Positions 7,957-14,846 of a stretch of DNA of 27,306 nt are shown here, piece by piece. The notes below the pieces were generated by a model. It was not told the origin of the DNA. It saw nothing but the letters and a program-made list of their open reading frames with translations, and did no database searches. Position 1 is the stretch's first letter. Each line of letters begins with the position of its first letter. The position numbers and the translations under genes are program-made. This stretch comes from an uncultured virus (IMG/VR IMGVR_UViG_3300007344_000002) (lineage: Duplodnaviria; Heunggongvirae; Uroviricota; Caudoviricetes): IMG/VR virus record IMGVR_UViG_3300007344_000002. One strand, given 5' to 3'.

Positions 7957-8619
7957 ATGTCTGTTCTAGCCGGTTTTGCTGTAGTTTGTATTGAAGCAAC
8001 AGTGGCATTTTACAAGAGAATTCACGCTATCCAATTTGGAGTCTACGGGGCTACAATGGTAGGTAAGACTACTTTACATCATCAACTTAGAACGAGAGGC
8101 GAAGTACCGGAAATTAGAGATAGAACTGTAGGTAGGCAAAGGGCTTCTAGAAAAACAATTAAGATGGACGGAGATACCCACACTGTTAAGACCGCAGATA
8201 TGGGTGGGGAAGCAATTTATTGGAAGCAGTGGATTGACGATATACGAAGTAGAAATGTCAAATATGTCATTTTTGTAGTAGACCATAGACATTTAGATTC
8301 TGCCGCTAATTTAGACCATCAACTTGCATGGAAGTTTTTAGTTGATGCTATTTGTAGTCAAACTTGGCCCAATGGTAAAAAGAAAAAGAATACCGATTAC
8401 CCCCTAGCCGTTGGTATTTGGGCTAACAAGTATGACATTTGGGGAGATAAATACAAGGAAGATGTGGATATTTCTAAGCATTCAATCTTCGCTCCATTTA
8501 AATATGGGATGCAACAGTTAAACGATAAGGGAATACCAACTTACAAGTATATTATTTCCGCTAAATCTCAGCCGGAAATGGTCTACAAGGGCGTTATTAC
8601 AATGATAAAGGATTACTGA
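7957..8619 (+). CDS. Ras-superfamily (Arf-like) small GTPase
   Basis: G1 GATMVGKTT (8047-8073), G2 RTVG, G3 DMGGE (8197-8211), VIFVVD strand, G4 NKYD (8425-8436), G5 SAK (8557-8565), and an N-terminal hydrophobic helix. Confidence 0.88.
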   Translation: MSVLAGFAVVCIEATVAFYKRIHAIQFGVYGATMVGKTTLHHQLRTRGEVPEIRDRTVGRQRASRKTIKMDGDTHTVKTADMGGEAIYWKQWIDDIRSRNVKYVIFVVDHRHLDSAANLDHQLAWKFLVDAICSQTWPNGKKKKNTDYPLAVGIWANKYDIWGDKYKEDVDISKHSIFAPFKYGMQQLNDKGIPTYKYIISAKSQPEMVYKGVITMIKDY

Positions 8620-8623
8620 TATT

Positions 8624-9163
8624 ATGTGGAAGGATATTTTAAAAGTGGACAGATTCACTAATGAAGGGGGATATAAAGGGGTCTATGATAAACAAACTGA
8701 TGAGGTTTTAATCAACTTAGATAATTTTAATACAGTAGCAAGAGGCTATGACGATATGGAAAGAGTTGTTGAGTTTGCTAATGTAGTGACGCATGAATTA
8801 TCCCACAGAGAATATGCAAAAGAATTAGGCAATAGCATGGATACAGTTCTTAAGGAATTGGACTCTATAGTTAAACAGTATGCAGAAGGTAATGCAACAT
8901 TAGATTCTATTGGTGAAAAACTTAAAATTTTCTATAACTATGCTATTATCAATGAGTCATTTGCATTTGGAAGCGGAAAGGACTACGAAAGATTGAGTCA
9001 TTTAGATGGAACAAAAAGTTCAGTTAGGTCTGTAATGTCTCAGGTTAATAATCACATTAGAAAACTAGTAGGTAAAAAAGACAGGCAGTTGGAAAAAATG
9101 TTGTCTAGGCTTTATGATGAAACCATGAGAGCAATTAGAAAGGTAAGAGATGGTAGCGCATAG
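8624..9163 (+). CDS. zincin-like metallopeptidase with an MWKDILK leader
   Basis: HELSH (HExxH) at 8792-8806, preceded by a G-x-Y...V-x-I-N strand pair. Candidate third ligand in INESFA. The gene looks AT-rich by eye. Confidence 0.7.
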   Translation: MWKDILKVDRFTNEGGYKGVYDKQTDEVLINLDNFNTVARGYDDMERVVEFANVVTHELSHREYAKELGNSMDTVLKELDSIVKQYAEGNATLDSIGEKLKIFYNYAIINESFAFGSGKDYERLSHLDGTKSSVRSVMSQVNNHIRKLVGKKDRQLEKMLSRLYDETMRAIRKVRDGSA

Positions 9164-9207
9164 AGGCGACAGAAACCTATACAAAGAAAAGAAAACGAGG
9201 AATAATT

Positions 9208-9837
9208 ATGTTTCAACAGCCCAACCTAATCGCCAACAATCCTAGTCTTGCTAGTTCGTTCTTGCCTCCTCTAATGAGCGCAAGAGCCGCAGGTCCGGTT
9301 TCCGAATATTCTTTCGTACAAATTAAACCAAAGAAGATGCTGAAAGAGATTACCAAAGTACTCAATGCAGAAAAAAAGAAATTCTTATTCATCAAGTACG
9401 GCTGGAAATTTAATCTAAAAGACCGTTGTGTTGTCTGTGGTGTCCACCATGTTTGGGATAACGGAGATTACATGAGGCCACCTATTCCCCTAAGCCATGT
9501 GACTAAAGGTAGGCCGATGCGAGGTACTTACTGTCCCAAACACGCTACACATCACAGACAACTGGAAATGCTACAACAACAGATACTAGCAGATGAGCAT
9601 GGTCTTGATTTCAAAGCGTTTATTCCAAAGCCTAGAATGCCCCAAGTTTTATCTAAGGGACCACTTACCACACTATCAAAGGCCGATGTTATTTCTCTAG
9701 CGGCGATTGGTTGGGCGATAAGTCCACCCAAAACCGAAGGAGAAGAAAAACCCATTGAAGAATTAAACAGACTCTCCTTAGAAATACGATTGGCAAGCGA
9801 AAGAATGGGCGAAATTATAAAAAAAGGTGAACAATGA
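9208..9837 (+). CDS. putative zinc-binding protein with a C-terminal coiled coil
   Basis: CVVC (9427-9438) and CPKH (9532-9543) pairs, Pro-rich linkers, helical C-terminus. SD GAGG. Confidence 0.65.
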   Translation: MFQQPNLIANNPSLASSFLPPLMSARAAGPVSEYSFVQIKPKKMLKEITKVLNAEKKKFLFIKYGWKFNLKDRCVVCGVHHVWDNGDYMRPPIPLSHVTKGRPMRGTYCPKHATHHRQLEMLQQQILADEHGLDFKAFIPKPRMPQVLSKGPLTTLSKADVISLAAIGWAISPPKTEGEEKPIEELNRLSLEIRLASERMGEIIKKGEQ

Positions 9838-10484
9838 TGGGCGTTTTTGGAACAAGCAATACAGCAGTTATGGGCGCAGTACAAGCGCAGAATGATACTC
9901 AATTTAAGACGGTCAATAATCTTCTGTCTTTACAAGAGAACCATGTGGAAGAGTTCTTTCAATATCATGGTGAACAGTTCTTATCTAGTTTGGAGCAGTT
10001 GATGGAAGATGTAATTGATAGGAGCGTTAGTAAGATGCTCACTAAATTAGAGTTCTATCAAGATTCTACTACTGGAAACATGAAGGTTAGTAGTGATAGT
10101 CTAAGAGAATACGAACAGATTACTCAAGAAAATATTGACTTGGATATGAACGCTATCTTAAATTCTGCCATCAATTCGGAAATTATCAATCAAAGAAAAA
10201 TGGCTAAACAACAATACCTAGAATCACAAGGATTTAGTGGAGCATCTAATCCCGCACAAGGTATGCCTCAACAACCAATTCAACAAGGAACATATGGAGC
10301 AACAGGGCTAGCAATGAACAACGGAAGCGGCTACCCTATTCCTCCTAGTGGACAAGACAACTATGGTAGGCCATATTGGATTGACCCAAGCACAGGACAA
10401 ATGAGTTATGAGCCTCCACAAAGCGGATTACACCTAGCCCAAAAAGCACAGAAATTAGCGGCTTGGGGCAAGTGGCTAATGTGA
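9834..10484 (+). CDS. helical protein with a Gln/Pro-rich linker and a C-terminal WW-like motif
   Basis: Overlaps the upstream stop (ATGA), SD GGTGA. C-terminal IPPSGQDNYGRPYWIDPSTGQMSYEPP followed by an amphipathic end LAAWGKWLM. Confidence 0.7.
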   Translation: MMGVFGTSNTAVMGAVQAQNDTQFKTVNNLLSLQENHVEEFFQYHGEQFLSSLEQLMEDVIDRSVSKMLTKLEFYQDSTTGNMKVSSDSLREYEQITQENIDLDMNAILNSAINSEIINQRKMAKQQYLESQGFSGASNPAQGMPQQPIQQGTYGATGLAMNNGSGYPIPPSGQDNYGRPYWIDPSTGQMSYEPPQSGLHLAQKAQKLAAWGKWLM

Positions 10485-10496
10485 AGGTGATTTACA

Positions 10497-12095
10497 TTGG
10501 TCAATTTCAAACTAAATCGTACAACGACTTACAACTTAGATAAGGATACCTTAGAAAAGGATATTGTAGAATATATTTTTGATGAACACTTATCGAGCGA
10601 ATCTAAAATTTTAGACGATTTAGATTCGCTCGATGGAACAGAAGAAAACTTTCAAGAATTTGTTGATAAATTACAAGCAATAGTAGTTCCTTTAGAACAA
10701 AGAACTATTGCTAGTATTGTCAATGATGAATCGTATAATTTGAAAAACAAATTGAAAGACGAATACAGTGGGGGAGGGGGAGACAAAACTCCAATAATTC
10801 CTAGCCTACTTAATTATTCAATAAAGGATTTAGATGCTCCTAATTTACTGAAAAGAGTTTCCGGCTTTGGTTCTTTTTCCGAGTTTAGAAAGCCTACTAG
10901 TGAAGATATAGACGAGGCAAACATTGCGGCGGAACTATCGCCATTATTTAATCTAGATGAATTATCTGCATTACAAGATAAAGTCTATGTGCGCCTAGGT
11001 AAAGTTCTTTTAGATGCAGTAGACGCTGGATTAGAAGAGGCTAAAGGTAAATTCACAGAAGAGAAATTCTTCAAGGGAGAACAATTCACTTTAGAAATAG
11101 ACTTAGATGAAAAAGCGCAAGTGCTTAGAGAGCAAGGTATTGCAGAAGTTGTTAGACTTGAAACTGATACAGAAAAAGTAAAGGCCATTGCTAGTTTAGA
11201 AGGCAAGGATGAATTAGACAAAGCCGCTAGTGAATTATTTTCTGCTGGAATTAAGTCTATGAAAAATACTGCTGGTGAAACCTTTTCAAGTTTGGATTTG
11301 GATGCAGGAGTTCTTGCTAAAATTATCCTTCTCACATTACCATCTGTTTTAGATTTAGACATTTCTAATAATTTGAAATTGACATTGGATTTTAAAAGTA
11401 AGGGTGCAAGAAAATTGACCGAAGAAAAATCTCACGATTTCATAACAGAAGGAGTGAAGAGATTAGTAAAGCATGTTAAATCTACTGAGCCTAGAAGGGC
11501 TGTAGCCCAATTGAAAAAGAATATTCTTAGTACATTCAAAGAACTATCTCTAGTCAATAAAAAGAGGGAAGATGGTCTTCTATACGATGAAGATTTAAAG
11601 GAAGCAAAAAGATTGTATAAAAAACTAAACTCTTATGATACTGAATGGAAAGACCAACAACGGATTCCAGAGGCTGAAATACTAGCCGAGAAAACTGAAA
11701 CTAAATTAGTTAAAATAGAGAAGTTTATGACTGCTGGATTTACTGATGCCATTAGTAGAGATGTTTTAGGAGCAAAGAATGAAGTTATTATTGAAATAAC
11801 CCATGAATATACTGAATTAAAATTCACACAAATGGCTAATCTAAAAGTAAAAGGTCAAGGGGATGAAAGAGTAGGGAGCGCGACCCCTACAGAAAGACCA
11901 CTAAAAATGAAAGAATCGGAAAGCGAAGAAGAATACGCTGAAAGAATGGCAAGTTATGGCTTGCCTCATCTTCGCTTAATAGGGGATGATTTAGCCGCAC
12001 AACAAATATTTGTCTCGGATTTCATAAGCGAAATACTAGGAAACTTTGATGATTTAGAAGAAGAACTTGCCGAATTAAAAGAGAAGGTGATATAA
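10497..12095 (+). CDS. large acidic alpha-helical hypothetical protein (532 aa)
   Basis: TTG start after AAGGTGA. Long E/D/K/L-rich ORF with no motif I recognise. Confidence 0.75.
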   Translation: MVNFKLNRTTTYNLDKDTLEKDIVEYIFDEHLSSESKILDDLDSLDGTEENFQEFVDKLQAIVVPLEQRTIASIVNDESYNLKNKLKDEYSGGGGDKTPIIPSLLNYSIKDLDAPNLLKRVSGFGSFSEFRKPTSEDIDEANIAAELSPLFNLDELSALQDKVYVRLGKVLLDAVDAGLEEAKGKFTEEKFFKGEQFTLEIDLDEKAQVLREQGIAEVVRLETDTEKVKAIASLEGKDELDKAASELFSAGIKSMKNTAGETFSSLDLDAGVLAKIILLTLPSVLDLDISNNLKLTLDFKSKGARKLTEEKSHDFITEGVKRLVKHVKSTEPRRAVAQLKKNILSTFKELSLVNKKREDGLLYDEDLKEAKRLYKKLNSYDTEWKDQQRIPEAEILAEKTETKLVKIEKFMTAGFTDAISRDVLGAKNEVIIEITHEYTELKFTQMANLKVKGQGDERVGSATPTERPLKMKESESEEEYAERMASYGLPHLRLIGDDLAAQQIFVSDFISEILGNFDDLEEELAELKEKVI

Positions 12096-13399
12096 TGCCA
12101 GTTGCATCCTCCCCCAGTGACTATACCTCGATTAACCCAAACTATGCTACAGGGCAAGGATTCTATACAGATATTGGAGCAGTATCGGATTTACTACAGG
12201 TGACTCCATTTACTTCCGGTACTAATCCATCTGCCGCACAAGTCGGCTCAATCATTAAGAGAATAGAAGGAATGGTTGATGAGAAAATTAACCGTTCTTA
12301 TCGACCTATCATTTGGAAGAATGAGTTCAAGGATTTTGAATTTACTCGCCATCCAATAATGTCTTATTATGGAGGCTATGTAGGATTTATACAACTGCAA
12401 CAGATGAAGATTAGAAAGATTGTAAGTCTAAGAGTTTGGGAAGGAAACGCCTATCGAGAATTGGCTTCTGCTCAAGCCTCGATTACTCTCCTAGAAAACT
12501 TTAGAGATATTCATTCTCTTATTTTCCAACTACCTAATAGTGGGGTTTCTTTTGAACTGTTAGCAGAAAACGATGTTTCCGCTTTAGCAAACGATGAGTT
12601 TTGTACTACCTTCGGAATAAAGACTACCAATAATGAAATTGTTGATTTGATTAACGAAAAGTTTCCATCGAACACCTCCCAATTTACAGGAGCAACTGCT
12701 TCAAAGGAACTATCATCTAGTAATCTCAATGTTTCCGATTTTTTCTTCTCGCAGAAAGACGACCAAGACGGTACTAAAGTCTTAATTTCATCTTTATTAT
12801 CCGGTGATGATGGAGCAGGTTGCACACTAAAGGCTACTATTCAACAGTCCTGTACTACTAGTAATACTAGCACTAGTTTAACTGTAGCCGATTCTAGTAA
12901 ATTAGCAGTAGATATGGAAGTCACAGGAACTAATATTCCTTCTTCTACTACTATTTCTTCTATTGATACTTCAACTACTGTCACTCTTTCTAAAGCCGCT
13001 ACGGGTTCTGCATCAAGCACACTAACCTTTACCACTACCAATGAAATCCCCACAGTTTGTTCTCTTGTAGCCTTTACTGACAAAGAAGATATGAAGCGTT
13101 TGGGCGACTTTTGGATGATGAGCGATGATGGAAGAATCTTCTTTTTGAAGAAGTATCCTTATCATAATAAGAACTCAATCATTGTTTCTTATGTTGCTGG
13201 TGATGGAAGAGTACCTTCTACAGTTCACGAAGCCACTACCAAATTAGTAGCGGCAGAAATTCTACGACATGACGACCAAACAATAATGATTGCTGAAACC
13301 GGAGCAAACATATCAGCGAAGGAAAAGTACGATTTACTTCGTGCAGAAGGCTTGGCTCTTATTGATGGTAAGAAAGACTTAGTGTATATGTTGGATTGA
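12095..13399 (+). CDS. putative head-tail adaptor/connector with inserted domains
   Basis: N-terminal YTDIGAVSDLL...IIKRIEGMVDEKINRSY and C-terminal IIVSYVAGDGRVPSTVHEATTKLVAAEIL resemble SPP1 gp15/HK97 gp6-like adaptors. Position is between head and tail genes. Confidence 0.65.
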   Translation: MPVASSPSDYTSINPNYATGQGFYTDIGAVSDLLQVTPFTSGTNPSAAQVGSIIKRIEGMVDEKINRSYRPIIWKNEFKDFEFTRHPIMSYYGGYVGFIQLQQMKIRKIVSLRVWEGNAYRELASAQASITLLENFRDIHSLIFQLPNSGVSFELLAENDVSALANDEFCTTFGIKTTNNEIVDLINEKFPSNTSQFTGATASKELSSSNLNVSDFFFSQKDDQDGTKVLISSLLSGDDGAGCTLKATIQQSCTTSNTSTSLTVADSSKLAVDMEVTGTNIPSSTTISSIDTSTTVTLSKAATGSASSTLTFTTTNEIPTVCSLVAFTDKEDMKRLGDFWMMSDDGRIFFLKKYPYHNKNSIIVSYVAGDGRVPSTVHEATTKLVAAEILRHDDQTIMIAETGANISAKEKYDLLRAEGLALIDGKKDLVYMLD

Positions 13400-13404
13400 T
13401 TGGT

Positions 13405-13914
13405 ATGTGGAAAAACATATTAAAAAATAACAGTGGTGGTAAAACTCACATTCCTTATCACACTAAAGTAGAATTTATGAATGGTTTGTATCGGGAACTT
13501 TATGATACAATAGAAAGAAAGGAAGGACTTGAGGGTTTTGAGTTCAACAATGGAATGATTTATTTTCCTAATTACATATTGAGTTTTAACCCAAATGTTG
13601 GTCGTCATAATGACGACTTTATACCAAAACCATTTGAAGAAATACAAATAATATTAGATGTAGATTGGTATGATTTGTGGTATAGAGGGTTTGAAGACGA
13701 AATAAATGAAATTGCTGATGGTTTTGGCGAAGAATACAGATTAAAAGCAGAAGACCAAGGCGTTCATCCTGTTTATGAATACAATGCAGGTTCTCACAAT
13801 AATGAAGCCGGTGGTACAATTAGTGTGTTTTCAAAAACCTCTAATTCATTCATTGAGTCTTTAATTAAAAACATTCATAAAAAAATAGAAAGTAAATTTG
13901 ACGGAAGGGATTGA
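13405..13914 (+). CDS. hypothetical protein with an MWKNILK leader (169 aa)
   Basis: ATG 13405 is preferred over TTG 13396. AT-rich gene lying between neck genes; no catalytic motif recognised. Confidence 0.7.
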   Translation: MWKNILKNNSGGKTHIPYHTKVEFMNGLYRELYDTIERKEGLEGFEFNNGMIYFPNYILSFNPNVGRHNDDFIPKPFEEIQIILDVDWYDLWYRGFEDEINEIADGFGEEYRLKAEDQGVHPVYEYNAGSHNNEAGGTISVFSKTSNSFIESLIKNIHKKIESKFDGRD

Positions 13915-13915
13915 T

Positions 13916-14107
13916 ATGTTGAAGATTACTGAAACTCTAAACTCTTTGATAGATAAACACAAAGAGCGTCAATTAGAAATGGAAAGAGTTTCTACTATTC
14001 TAGGAATTGACATTTCTTTCTCGGATGAAGAATTGGCTAGGTTCATTGAAGAAGATTTAGAAAAGGCAATCTCTCAATCAATAATGGAGGAAATGGTCTA
14101 TGGATGA
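13916..14107 (+). CDS. small acidic helical protein (63 aa)
   Basis: ATG 13916 follows GGAAGGGA and the upstream stop at 13914. The end overlaps the next gene's start. Confidence 0.65.
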   Translation: MLKITETLNSLIDKHKERQLEMERVSTILGIDISFSDEELARFIEEDLEKAISQSIMEEMVYG

Positions 14108-14819
14108 AGTCACTCTAATTCTAGATTTATTGGATAACAATTGGTCTTCTTCTGCCACTACCCTAAACCAAGCCGGTACTATTCCAGTAGCATTGCCTAA
14201 GCCAAACCTAGTCGATGTTAGAACTTTAGAGAAGGGGCAGGGTGCTAGGTATGACCTTTCTAGCAAAGATGTAATTGTAGTTTTTGAGGATGGCAACACC
14301 ATAGAATATCCTACGGTTCTTTATGATGTTCGCAACGAATCCTATACCTTCACACTACACCTTCGTTGTATTCACGATGAGAGAGCCGTTGGTACTTCGC
14401 TCACAGGTTCGGGAGGAGCATACACAACAGGCAGTACCAACATGACCCTTACTTCAACTTCGGGTATCGCAGTAGGCATGGAGGTCACAGGTACAGGAAT
14501 TCCAGATGGTACAACAGTATCTAGTATCACGAATAGCACTACTCTTGTTCTATCGGCTACACCAACTAAGGCAAGAACTGGACAGTCTATTAAGTTCAAT
14601 TCAAGAGATTCTAATTACGGAAGAGATAGGTTAAGGTCTTTATACTTGATACTTCGTCATGCACTTGAGAGCAAACGACGGGGTTATACTGCAAGCGATG
14701 GTTCACACTTTAGTTTATTAGAAGTTGGAAATCGAAGCGAAGCAAATGACAGAAAGAAACGACTCTTTGGATATAAAGTGACATTAACGGCAAAGAGATA
14801 CGCACAGACAATCCCCTAG
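14100..14819 (+). CDS. putative tail terminator/completion protein with an inserted beta module
   Basis: Lies immediately before the tail tube, SD GGAGG. Alpha/beta pattern (DVIVVFED...YTFTLHLRC...LRSLYLILRHALE...FGYKVTLTA) is interrupted by a T/S/G-rich insert. Confidence 0.6.
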   Translation: MDEVTLILDLLDNNWSSSATTLNQAGTIPVALPKPNLVDVRTLEKGQGARYDLSSKDVIVVFEDGNTIEYPTVLYDVRNESYTFTLHLRCIHDERAVGTSLTGSGGAYTTGSTNMTLTSTSGIAVGMEVTGTGIPDGTTVSSITNSTTLVLSATPTKARTGQSIKFNSRDSNYGRDRLRSLYLILRHALESKRRGYTASDGSHFSLLEVGNRSEANDRKKRLFGYKVTLTAKRYAQTIP

Positions 14820-14846
14820 TAAGTTTGTAAAAGGGAGAGGGATTTT

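Larger units (their letters stand above)
12851..14600 (+). repeat. two diverged copies of a ~60-aa beta module, at 12851-13035 and 14421-14600, in different genes
   Basis: LAVDMEVTGTNIPSSTTISSIDTSTTVTLS versus IAVGMEVTGTGIPDGTTVSSITNSTTLVLS. DNA: ATGGAAGTCACAGGAAC versus ATGGAGGTCACAGGTAC. Confidence 0.8.

Noticed and set aside
7957..8619. P-loop protein as terminase or packaging ATPase
   Set aside because: DxxG, NKxD and SAK motifs and the 220-aa size indicate a small GTPase. No terminase or portal is visible in this window.
6947..14846. Shared late-promoter motif in the gaps at 6947-6999, 9164-9207 and 14820-14846
   Set aside because: Each gap has an AT-rich core followed by purines, but I could not derive a convincing consensus by eye.
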